Below are positions 24,729 to 36,800 of a stretch of DNA of 64,000 nt, in pieces. The stretch comes from Lingula anatina (lineage: Eukaryota; Animalia; Brachiopoda): positions 19,862,534 through 19,926,533 of the forward strand of contig CM120644.1 of assembly GCA_051362555.1 (NCBI GenBank). The letters run 5' to 3'. The position numbers and the translations under genes are program-made. Under the pieces are notes generated by a model. That model did no database searches. It worked only from the letters and a program-made list of their open reading frames with translations, and was not told the origin of the DNA. Each line of letters opens with the position of its first letter. The stretch's first letter is position 1.

Positions 24729-27222
24729 CTCAATTAAGAAAAGAAAGAAAAACAAAACACATTTGATTACACAAAATTAATATTTTATTGTTAATTTAAG
24801 AGAAAAACATTTGAAATTTTAAACTGGCTGCTACAGAAGCAATAGTAGTTCTGAAATGATGACCCTGAAAAATAAGAAGATGAAAATATTATAATATAAT
24901 TCAGTTAAAATGTATTATCTTAAAATGTTGTCAGTAACTCTCTGACCAGCAGCTTCTGGCTGCTATCATATAATTATGTACAGGTTTTACCAGCTGTTTG
25001 ACATAGTGTACCTCTTAAAAACTGAAAGTTTACTTAGTTATGATGCCATCAAAACAAGGAAACAAACAAAAGAAATTCCTTGTGACTGTATAATGAATCT
25101 GTTCTTTTTTAAAATGCTGTCAAATTTCTAAATATCGAGAGTGATTAGATTTATTCAATAACAACAACAAAAATAACAACAACAACAATAATAATAACCA
25201 TTTATGTTCTTGATCTACGTCTGAAGCAAGACGTGAAAAGACTTTAAAATTTTCTCCACCTATATAGGCGACTGTCCTTGGGAGCTAAAATATATGACTC
25301 AATATTTAACTTACTAATATGCAATAATACATAACCTTCAATACGTAGTCAGTGCACCACATAATTTCATGCATGCAACTGTACTGAAAATCCTTTACAA
25401 TTATTTAGGATAAACTGGACAAGTAACACTTGAATAAAGGCCATACTGTGTTTACACATCTCTACGCAGTGTGTGTGTGTGTGTGTGCGTGCGCGCACAA
25501 TCACATTCCGTCAGTGTAATGATAAATCCCTATTCTATTGATCCTGCTATCTTACCTCTCTCCTTCACATCCTCTGTCAGGGTTGTTGTGTCATTGATAC
25601 TGATTGAAGAAAGACAGGAAAACAAATTAAACATCCCATACATGTGTGCACAACAAAGATACAATACATTACTGAACATAGTCAAAGATACATTGAAAGA
25701 TTTAGATAACTGAACAGTGAATTTTAACTCAGTGTTTGTGCGTAAGAGTCTCCACCCTAAAGTCCATCTGTGTGTGTTAACATTTTTTAGGTGTCGTAAA
25801 TGAATTCCTGTTAAATTGCCCTTACTGTCTTACCTTTTTCTTTGATGCCCTCAGCATCTGACACACTCTTTGTGTCTTTGATATCAGCTAAAGAAAAAAT
25901 GATATCAAATAAAATTTTAACATTCTATATCTGTGCATTTTCAAATAGATTTCAGCATTACAATTTGTCAAGAACATTCAAAGATTTAACCGACTTAAAA
26001 AATTATCTTCTTAAGTATGCTAAAGAGCAGACTTTGTTTGAGCAACATGATTGTGATGTGTGTGTGTGTGTGTGGGCACGCGCATGCATGTGTCATAAGT
26101 ATATTAAAAGTCAAAATTATTTTACTGAGATTCCTGTCTTACCTATCTCCTCCATACTAAGGGTCTTTACAATTTTAACATTTTTCTTGGTTTTTGTATC
26201 ATCTGAAAGAACAGAGTTGAACTGAATTGAATTTTAAAGACAACATTATGTGTGTTCAATCTTTAAACAGCAAAAGCATTAATTTTTCAGCACATTAAGT
26301 ATCTTCTTAAGTCTGTCAAAGGCCAGACTTTGCTTGTGCAACATGTGTACAAGTACCATACCTTTCTTTTGTGTGTGTGTGTTTGTGTATGTGTGTGTTT
26401 GTGTGTGCACATGTACATGCACAATCATATTCCATCAAATTGAATGTGATAAATAAATCCCTTTTCTGTTAACCCTGCTGTCTTACCTCTCACCTTCATG
26501 TCCTCTTGTAATAGAGATGATTTTAAAATTTGAAACTCATTTTAATTTCATAAGATATCTAGTAAAATGCCTTCATGGTGACCTTAATCTGCAGTCGGGA
26601 TCATTAAATTATATTCACTGTGTGTTGATAACATCACAGGATAGATAGCTATTGTTGTTTTGGAACAATTAACTGATCCCGTCTGGAGATGAAGATAGAG
26701 TTCTAAAACATCAAAGTCAAAGTTTAAGATTTATATCACATCTATTGCGTATTGTTGGCTGGGGATAATTTAATACTGAACTGACCAATGAAAGGGAAGG
26801 GGACCACCCCTCACCTCAAGAGTGCCACTGGACTTTTAGGACAGTTGAGCTTCAGCCACGACTCTGTTAACATCATTTTTAGTTGCTCAGCTTAGCTTAA
26901 TAAAGTTCTATAACTACACGAAATCTTGTTGGTTATACTCTGTCAAGGTTGCTGTGTCTTTGACATTGACTGAAGATAGACAGGAAAACAAATTAAACAT
27001 CCCATACTGTACATGTGCACAACAAGGATACAGTACATTATTTAGCATAGTCAAGGATACACTGAAAGATTTAGATAACTGAACAGTGAATTTAAACTCA
27101 GTGTTTGTGCATGAACGTTTCCACCCTAAATTCCACTTGTGTGTGTTACATGAATTCCTGTTGAATTGCCCTTACTGTCTTACCTTTTTCTTTGATGCCT
27201 TCAGCATCTGACACACTCTTTG
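24729..27222 (+). repeat. Segmental duplication block B, copy 1 (paralog 61742-63739)
   Basis: Colinear match beginning tcaattaagaaaagaaagaaaaacaaaac. Confidence 0.95.
26507..26937 (+). mobile_element. Solo LTR inserted in a 48-nt micro-exon
   Basis: TGTAAT...GTTATA termini, 4-bp TSD CTCT (26503-26506, 26938-26941), AATAAA near the 3' end; removing it restores a 48-nt exon. Confidence 0.8.
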
Positions 27223-27794
27223 TGTCTTTGATATCAGCTGAAGAAAAAATGATATCAAATAAAATGTTAACATTCAATATCTGTGCATGTTCAAATACAA
27301 TTCAGTATAACAATTTGTTGAAGACACATTAAAAGACTTAATTGACTAAAAAAATTAATATATTATCATATTATGCTTAAGACCAGAGTTTGCTTGAGCA
27401 ACATGCTTGCAGTGTGTTTGTTAGTGTATGTGTGTGTGTTTGTTAGTGTATGTGTGTGTGCACATGTTTCATAAGTATATAAAAATTCATAATTATTTTA
27501 CTGAGATTCCAGCCTTACCTAGCTCCTCAATACTTAGGGACTTAACAATTCCTACATTGTTCTTTTCTTTGGTATCACCTGAAAGAACAGAATTGAATTT
27601 TAAGGAAAGTGGTTCAATTAAAAAAAGTTAAAATTTAAAAATTCAATTCAATTCTGTTCTTTTAATTTTAAATTGTGTTCAATAATAACACCACAAGAGC
27701 ATTAATTTTTCTGAAGATAAAGTATCTTCTTAAGACTGTCAAAGGCCAGACATACTGTGTGTGTGTGTGTGTCTGCACATGTGTATGTTTCATG

Positions 27795-27965
27795 CAGGGG
27801 CGGATTGAGGCCGTCTTCTGGGTCTTCCGGAAGACGGTCAGATTTTCAATTTTACATTGACGGGTATCTAATTTTTTCTGTCGGAAGACGGTCAAAAATG
27901 GGGGATGGATAAACAAAGATAATTTGGAAGACTGTCAGAAAACATATATCCTGGAACTGCCCCTG
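27795..27965. mobile_element. Short CAGGGGC-terminated MITE
   Basis: CAGGGGCGG...CTGCCCCTG termini flanked by the 7-bp direct repeat TTTCATG. Confidence 0.7.
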
Positions 27966-29899
27966 TTTCATGTGTGTATTAAAGTCATAATTATTTTACT
28001 GAGATGCCAGTCTTATCTATCTCTTTAGTGTTAGGACTCTTTACAACTTTTACTATGTTGGTATCAGCTGAAACATGTGAATTGAATTGAAATCTAAGGA
28101 AACACAATACATGTGTTTGTTTTGTCTAAACTTAACACATCAAATACATCATGGCATTGAGTAAAATACAGTAAACCTGGTGATTATGTGTGTTGGAGAC
28201 AAAGGGGGTGTGTGTGTTAGCCTGTTAATCTGATTGTATTCAGCAAGAGTTTCCATGGAGTTAGTGTATATTAACTAGGTCTTCCAATTCATTGTGAACA
28301 GGCCCTGAAGGTCCAGACTTGCACCCTGAGAGTCAGGGTGTTGTTGTCATCAATAATTTTATTTCATGAATCTTTGCTAGTAGATAAAAAAAATGCACCA
28401 AGTTGATTCCTAAATCTCCTAAATTATTGTCTTGAATAGAGCAATACAATTATATAATGCAATTCACTTACCACTGGTGTGGACTTCAGGCTTGTACATG
28501 TAGTTCAACTCTGGAATAAGATGTCACATTTATTTGTCATTCACATATTATGATATAGATTAAAATATAGTCTAAAATGTATTTGACAGAATTAAAGGAC
28601 CATTTCATCATTTCATTCCATAGGTAATATTTCATAAGATTATAAGATCAAATAATCTTTTTTCCATAGATATACATAACAAAATAAAAAGTTTAATTCA
28701 CCTTTTATTTCCATTGGTTATATCAAATACAATAATAAGATCAATTAAGCACCTTTTACTTCCATGTCCAGTTCTCTCCAAGTACAGGTCACTTCCATGC
28801 TGTCCTTGGTGGTCACCTGGAGGCACCTGTTCCTAAAGGGTTCAGGCTCCCATGTCCAGCCAGACCCAGGGTGGTAAGGCTGAATGAATGATGAATGAAT
28901 AAATAAACAATTTGATGATATCTTAATGTCTAAAATGAAAAACAAAATGTTTATAAATATATACAATAACTGATAAATCAAATACACTAAAGAAATGAAT
29001 GAAGGTTTAAATAAATACTTTAAAAACATGTTTGACTTTAAATTTTCTTTTCCAATTTCAAAGAAAATCATTTTTTACCTTGAATTACTTTTTTAAAAGG
29101 ATATAATACTTACATTTTGTGGCTTAATGAATTTCCATTCCATTTTTGAGCCCTTTGGCAGGAGAAACTCTGCCCTTAGAGACAGGACACCCATGTTGGT
29201 GGTCCTTGACATGTTAATGCCACGCTGGGTGTCCCAGCCTCCAAGGGCAGTTCCCCTGCCCACCACTTTTGCTTTCAACAGATTTTGTCAGAATTATTCT
29301 GACATTGGCCTTGGCTGTTCAAAATAAAATGTAAAATAGAAAGAAAACCTATCAATATATCTTTTTGATATTTTCACTACAAATATTTAAGTTGACCACT
29401 TATTTAAAGTAAATAAAGAATGGGATATCTTACTTTTAAATTACAAAGAAATTTATTAGTTGTTTTAGGCCCACTGTAATGAATTGCCAACCCATTTAAC
29501 GAAACACATACAGTCAGTCACACACACACACACACACACACACACAACTTACAAACACACTGTTCTTTTTTGTTTATTTCAATCTCCATATCAGCTGTCA
29601 TCTGCAATTCTAAAATATATTAAAATATATTAATAAATGAAATCTTAGTTAAACAAGATACAAATTATAGATTTCTGTATCTTCATTTGATAGTTTTTGT
29701 ATAAAAAAAAAACATTTGCACCATTACAAGACATGAAGAATGATCATCAAAACGTTGTGTGACAAGAATTTTAAAGAATTTCATGAAGAATGTTAATAAT
29801 CATTTAAAAATCATGAACAACACTGTAAAAAGGCGCTATGTGCGCTTACTTTATACTTGATACAGGGTTTCAGTTTGGAATAAAAAAAATAAAACTTAC

Positions 29900-30030
29900 C
29901 AGTGACTGTGTAGACATTGTCTATTTGCTTTGTTGTTTACAAAACAATAAAAAATTATTGTATAAAGAAATTTCATTGGACGGCTCATGTATTGTTTCCA
30001 TAACTTTCAACCAATCAGATTGACGCTTCG
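29900..30030. promoter_or_regulatory. Putative bidirectional promoter and 5'-UTR exon of the CBM20 gene
   Basis: Minus-strand donor G|GTAAGT at 29900; CCAAT boxes in opposite orientations (attgg ~29975, ccaatcag ~30011) between two divergent exon sets. Confidence 0.5.
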
Positions 30031-30268
30031 TTGAAGCTCTCGACCTTGAGTCTTTCTGCTAAATACAAATCACAATATATCACAATATATATAACACAAT
30101 GCCTAGACCCTGGTAATTTCTGTTGCAGTGCCAGAACCCTCTCCCTTCTTCCACGAGTTTCTTAGAAAGCAGGCGGTGAACCTGTTGCTGATACTGGCTG
30201 CAGTCCATTACAAATCCAAAGTCTCACCTCTTGCACATCGCCATCTATACTAATCAATGTTTACAAAT

Positions 30269-30870
30269 ATGGCGTATCAGGCAAAGGGTGATGCCGAAAA
30301 GCCGGATTTTCATCAAATGTTCTGTACACTAAGTGTCATTTTTCTCCAGGACACTTTCTAAGATGGTTCTGTTATAGATTCTTTCGGCAAACTTAATCCG
30401 TGAGTTCAGGATGAGACATCTGAAGTGAAGGACACATATGGTATCGACTGTGTCAGTTGTTCACTGTTCACATCACGATGCAATGTGCTTGTGAAGATTT
30501 TACAATATGTGCTACAGAATGTTGACGTGCAGATTAAAAGTGCTTTTGGAGAACTGACAAGATTGCACACCGTCATCTTCTTCAAGTTTTGCCATTCCCT
30601 TTTCATCTGTAGTTTTGCATTGGCTTATGAAGGTAAGATAATTAACTAGAGAACTGATGTTGTATCTGACTTATAAGTAGACCTTTTTCCTCCTCAGCCT
30701 TGACTTACAACAACGCGTTATTTTGTAAGTTTTTTATATTTATTTCTTCACAGTTAATATGATGTACACATGTAGAAAACTTACTAAATTATTCTAGTAT
30801 TCTGGATCTTAAAGAAAAAGCCTCAGATCACTGACCTTTTTTGTCTTTTCCAGTCCATCATCTGACTCCA
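30269..30870 (+). pseudogene. Divergent spliced gene remnant of unknown family
   Basis: ATG 30269 (aatATGGCG) starts a 121-codon single frame with two stops that ends at AAG|GTAAGA 30632; a 27-nt phase-1 micro-exon 30698-30724 follows; the next acceptor at 30853 runs into the minisatellite. Confidence 0.45.
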
Positions 30871-30879
30871 CACTACACT

Positions 30880-31480
30880 GTACTACACTGTACTAGGAGG
30901 CAGAGGACTATACTGCCACAATGGAACACAATGACTCCAGACTACTACACTGTACTAGGAGGCAGAGGACTATACTGCCACAATGGAACACAATGACTCC
31001 AGACTACTACACTGTACTAGGAGGCACAGGACTATACTGCCACAATGGAACACAATGACTCCAGACTTCTACACTGTACTTGGAGGCACAGGACTATAAC
31101 TGCCACAATGGAACACAACGACTCCAGTCTACTACACTGTACTAGGAGGCAGAGGACTATACTGCCACAATGGAACACAATGACTCCAGACTACTACACT
31201 GTACTAGGAGGCACAGGACTATACTGCCACAATGGAACACAATGACTCCAGACTACTACACTGTACTAGGAGGCAGAGGGCTATACTGCCACAATGGAAC
31301 ACAATGACTCCAGACTACTACACTGTACTAGGAGGCACAGGACTATACTGCCACAATGGAACACAATGACTCCAGACTACTACACTGTACTAGAAGACAC
31401 AGGACTATACTGCCACAATGGAACACAATGACTCCAGACTGTCGCACTGTACTAGGAGACACAGGGCTATACTTCCACAG
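30880..31480. repeat. 62-bp minisatellite, ~9.5 copies
   Basis: Unit actacactgtactaggaggcagaggactatactgccacaatggaacacaatgactccagact. Confidence 0.97.
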
Positions 31481-32767
31481 TTGTTCCAGAGTACCCTTAC
31501 AATGAAAAAGCAGGCAGTGAAAGACAGCACCAAGAGCAGCACTATGTCTTATCCAAGTGTACAATACATGATATTTGGCAAGATTTAGGACATTGTCAAC
31601 TATTGGGATAACAACAACCCCTTCCAGAAACCCATTGTAAGGAGTAATCTGCATCTGGTATTGGTAGTAAGGATAAGTCTTGTATGGGTATAAACTGTTT
31701 TCCTGATGACAGTTATAGGTAATTTGCAACCTCCTACACAAACAACCTAAAATTGTAAGGAGAAGTCTTGTATGGGTATATATTGTTTTCAGATGACAGT
31801 TATAGGTAATTTGCAACCTCTTACACAAACAACCTCAAATCATCACATTTGCTGTTTTTTTTTTTTTTTTTTTTTCAGAGTAAGTAATACATTGCAATAT
31901 TGAAATATTTGTTTTGGGTAATTCTCACTCTTCTGATGATGAATTTCCTATAAACTTGACACTTAAAAAATAACATAGACAGCTGATCAGCTTATGTCAG
32001 ATTTTTATTATTGTTAAGCATCATTTGTACAAATTTCATAAACATTGGACAAGATTTGAAAAAATTATTAATCTTTAACTATTTTAAGGCCTGCAATTTG
32101 CCAGTCTTTTCAATGCAATTTTCAGTTTCCCAAATATATTGTCTCCAAAAAATGCTTTTCATTAGTCACAGTCAACTGATCAGCTTATCACAGATTTTTA
32201 TTCTTGTTAATCATCATTTGTACAAATTTCATAAACAATGGACAAGATTTGACAAAATTATTAATGTTTAACTATTATAAGTCATTGAATTTGCCAGTCT
32301 TTTCAATGTAATTTTGAGTTTTCCCCAAATATATTGTTCCAAAAAACACTTTTCATTAGATTCAATCAACTGATCAGTTTATCACAGATTTTTATTGTTG
32401 TTAAGTATCATTTGTACAAATATCAGAAAAATTGATCTAGATTTGACAAAATTATTAACATTTAACTATTTTAAGTCACTGAATTTGCCAGTCTTTTCCA
32501 TGTAATTTTCATTTCTTTCAGTTATATTGTTCTTGTTCCAGAGTACCCTTACAATGAAAAAAGCAGGAAGAGAAAGACAGCACCAAGAGCAGCACTATGT
32601 CTTATCCATGTGTACAGTACATGTCAACTATTGTGATAACAAAAACCCCTTCCAGAAACCCATTGTAAGGTGCTACCTCCTACACAAGCAAACTCAAATG
32701 ATCACATTTGCTGTTTTCTTTCAAAGTAAATAATACATTGTAATATTAAAATATTTGTTTAGGTTAA

Positions 32768-33110
32768 AGGGATAATAACTCTTTGCATCAGACCTATATT
32801 TACAAAAAAAAAAACAAAAAACATTGTGAATAACTCATAGAAATATAATATATTCTGTTGTACCACAAAAACGGCAGTTGTAGCTATTATTCTGATATCT
32901 GAGCTTGTCTTAAGACCACGTGACCTCCATTGATGGCTATACTCTGTTATAATCTCTTAAGAGATTATAACAAAAAAACAAACTTTTTAGAAAAAAAACA
33001 TGGACTAAATTTGAATGTAAAAATGGATTCATTAACCATTAGTAAGTATGCAAAAATTGTTTACTCCAGGAAAATTCATTTTTTGGCCAAAACGAAGAGT
33101 TATTATCCCT
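32768..33110 (+). mobile_element. Kolobok-type MITE
   Basis: TTAA-AGGGATAATAACTCTT...AAGAGTTATTATCCCT-TTAA; sister satellite units show the empty TTAA site. Confidence 0.9.
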
Positions 33111-36100
33111 TTAATTGTCACTTTTGTGATGATTAATTTCCCATGAATTTGACACATAAAAAAGTCATAGACAACTGATCACTTTATCCCAGATTTTTAT
33201 TATTGTTGTTAAGCATCATTTGTACAGATTTCAGAAAAATTGGACAAAATATTCTAAATCATTAATGTTTAACTATTTTAAGTCATGGAATTTTGTAGTG
33301 TTAATTTTCAGTGTAATATTCATTTTTCTCAAATAACTTTTCATTAGTCACAGTCAATTGATCAGCTTATCACAGATTTTTATTGTTGTTAAGCATCATT
33401 TTGTACAGATTTCAGAAGTATTTGACAAGATTTGACAAGATATATTATATTTGAATTTTGGTTCCTTTGCAAAGTCGTCTTCGGAAAATTCATACATTTT
33501 TATCAAGAACATATGCCATTAAGACCTCTTTTACAGTGTATTTAGAATTCAATGGACAAGATTTGACAAAATTATTAATGTTTAACTATTATAAGTCATT
33601 GAGTTTGGCAGTCTTTTCAATGAAATTTTCAAGTTTCCCAAATATATTGTCCTAAAAAACACTTTTTATTAGATACAGTCAACTGATCAGCTTATCACAG
33701 ATTTTCATTGTTGTTAAGCATCATTTGTTCAAAGTTCAGAAATTTTGGTCTAGATTTGACAAAATTATTAACGTTTAACTATTTTAAATCATTGAATTTG
33801 CCAGTCTTTTCAATGTAATTTTCAGTTCTTTCAGTTATATTGTTCTTTTTCCAGAGTACCCTTACCATGAAAAAGCAGGCAGTGAAAGACAGCACCAAGA
33901 GCAGCAGTATGTCTTATCCATGTGTACAGTACATGATATTTGGCAAGATTTAGGACATTGTCAGATATTGTGATAACAACAACCCCTTCCAGAATCCCAT
34001 TGTTACAGTAAGGATTAATCTTCATCTGGCATTGGTAGTAAGGAGAAGCCTTGTATGGGTATATATTGTTTTCCAGATGACAGTTATAGGTAATTTGCAA
34101 CTTCTTACACAAACAACCTCAAATCATCACATTTGCTGTTTTCTTTCAGAGAAAATAATATATTGCAATATTGAAATATTTATTTTGATTAATTCTCACT
34201 CTTGTGATGATCAATTCCCATTAACTTTACCATTACAAAAAGACACAGACAACTGATCAGCTTATCACAGATTTTTATTGTTGTTAAGCATCATTTGTAC
34301 AAATTTCAGAAATATTGGAACATTTTTGACAAAATTTTTTGCGTTTAACTATTTTTAGTCCTCGATTTCCCAGTCTCTTCAATGTAATTTTTAGTTTTCC
34401 CAAATATATTTTCCAAAAAAACACTTTTCATTATAAACAGTCAACTGATCAGCTTATCGAAGATTTTTATTGTTGTTAAGCATCATTTGTACAAATTTCA
34501 GAAATATTGGACCACATTTTACAAAATTATTAACGTTTAACTATTTTAAGTCATTGAATTTGCCAGTCTTTTCAATGTAATTTTCAGTTCTTTCAGTTAT
34601 ATTGTTCTTTTTCCAGAGTACCCTTACCATGAAAAAGCAGGCAGTGAAAGACAGCAGCAAGAGCAGCACTTTGTCTTATGCATATGTGCAATACATGAAA
34701 TTTGGCAAGATTTAGGACATTGTCAACTATTGTGATAACAACATCCCCTTCCAGAAACCCATTGTAAAGAGTAATGTGCATCTGGCATTGGTAGTAAGGA
34801 GAAGTCTTGTATGGATATATCTTGTTTTCCATATGACATTTATAGGTAATTTGCAACCCCATGCACAAACAACCTCAAATCATCACATTTGCCGTTTTCT
34901 TTCAGAGAAAATAATACATTGCAATATTTAAATATTTGTTTTAGTTAATTCTCACTCTTCTGATGATCAATTTCTCGTAAACTTAACACTTAAAAAAAAA
35001 CACAGACAACTGATCAGCTTATCACAGATTTTTATTGTTGTTATGCATCATTTGTACAAATTTCAGAAACATTGGACCAGATTTGACAAAATTATTAACT
35101 TTTAACTATTTTAAGTCATGGAATTTTGCACTGTTAATTTTCAGTGTAATATTCAGTTTTCCCAAATATATCATCGAAAGATAACTCTTATCATTAAACA
35201 CAGTCAATTGATTAGCTTATCACAAATTATTATTGTTGTTAAGCATCATTTGTACAGATTTCAGAAATATTGGACCAGATTTGACAAAATTATTAACGTT
35301 TAACTATTTTAAGTCATGGAATTTTGCACTGTTAATTTTCAGTGTAATATTCAGTTTTCTCAAATATATCATCCAAAGACAACACTTATCATTAAACACA
35401 GTCAATTGATTAGATTATCACAAATTATTATTGTTGTTAAACATCAATTGTACAGATTTCAGAAACATTGGACCAGATTTGACAAAATTATTAACGTTTA
35501 ACTATTTTTAAGTCATGGAATTTTGCACTGTTAATTTTCAGTGTTATATTAAGCTTTCTCAAATATATCATCCAAAGACAATACTTTTCATTAGACATAG
35601 TCAACTGATCAGCTCATCACTGATTTTTATTGTTGTTAAGGATCATTTGTTTAAATTTCAGAAATATTGGACAAGATTTGACAAAAAAAAAAGACACAGG
35701 CAACCGATCAGCTTATCACAGATTTTTCTTGTTGTAAAGCATTATTTGTACAGATTTCAGAAATATTGGACCAGATTTGACAAAATTATTAACGTTTAAC
35801 GATTTTAAGTCCTGCAATTTCCCAGTCTATTCAATGCAATTTTTTAGTTTTCCCATATATATTGTTCCAAAAAACACTTTTCATTAGACACAGACAACTG
35901 ATCAGCTCATCACTGATTTTTATTGTTGTTAAGGATCATTTGTTTAAATTTCAGAAATATTGGACAAGATTTGACAAAATAATTAACGTTTAACTATTTT
36001 AAGTCATTGAATTTGCCAGTCTTTTTTATGTAATTTTCAGTTCTTTCAGTTATATTGTTCTTGTTCCAGAGTACCCTTACAATGAAAAAGCAGGCAGTGA

Positions 36101-36463
36101 AAGACAACACCAAGAGCAGCACTACCGTATGTCTTATCCATGTGTACAATTCATGATATTTGGCAAGATTTAGGACATTGTCATATAATGTGATAACAGC
36201 AACCCCTTCCAGAAACTCATTGCAAGGAGTAATCTGCATCTGGCATTGGTAGTAAGGAGAAGTCTTGTATGGGTATATATTGTTTTCCAGATGACAGTTA
36301 TAGGTAATTTGCAACTCCTACACAAACAACCTCAAAACATCAACAACCTCAATCATATTTGCTGTTTTCTTTCAGAGTAAATAATATGTTGCAATATTGA
36401 AATATTTGTTTTGGTTAATTCTCACTCTTGTGATGATCAATTTCCCATAAACTTGACACTTAA

Positions 36464-36800
36464 AGGGATAATAACTCTTCATATGAGATCTTTATTTCAC
36501 AATAAAAACATTGTGAATAACTCATAGAAATATAACATATTTTGTTTTACCACAAAAACAGCAGCGATAGCTATTATTCTGATATCTGAGCTTCTCTTTA
36601 GACCATGTGACCTCCATTGATGGCTATACTCTGTTAAAATCTCTTAAGAGATTTTAACAAAAAAACGAACTTTTTAGAAAAAAACCAGGGACTAACTTTG
36701 AATGTAAAAATGGATTCATTGACCATTGGTAAGTATGGGAAAATTGTTGTTTACTCCAGGAAAATTCATTTTTTGGCCGAAATGAAGAGTTATTATCCCT
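36464..36800 (+). mobile_element. Kolobok-type MITE
   Basis: Same TIRs and TTAA TSD, at a different TTAA site of the satellite unit. Confidence 0.9.

Larger units (their letters stand above)
25202..29601 (-). pseudogene. CBM20 (starch/glycogen-binding) domain gene with micro-exon array, copy 1, disabled
   Basis: Exons 29553-29609 (ATG 29601), 29114-29314 (VVGRGTALGGWD..LPKGSKMEWKF), 28753-28879 (WTWEPEPFRNR..TCTW), 28472-28510, 28017-28067, 27519-27578, 27184-27237, 26487-26969 (split by LTR), 26143-26202, 25834-25887, 25556-25603, terminal 25202-25284. AG/GT boundaries and phases were checked by hand. Lesions: +1 frameshift in the 201-nt exon, AT donor at 28016, AA acceptor at 25604, LTR insertion, TAA at 25244-25246. 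Confidence 0.85.

Noticed and set aside
12832-29601. Single gene fusing the CBM20/micro-exons to the ZF exon
   Set aside because: The CBM20 gene has its own terminal exon, stop and AATAAA (~24785), and HEATR3-like remnants intervene in unit 2.
30880-31480. CRISPR-like or coding tandem repeat
   Set aside because: No unique spacers; the 62-bp unit is not a multiple of 3; eukaryotic context.
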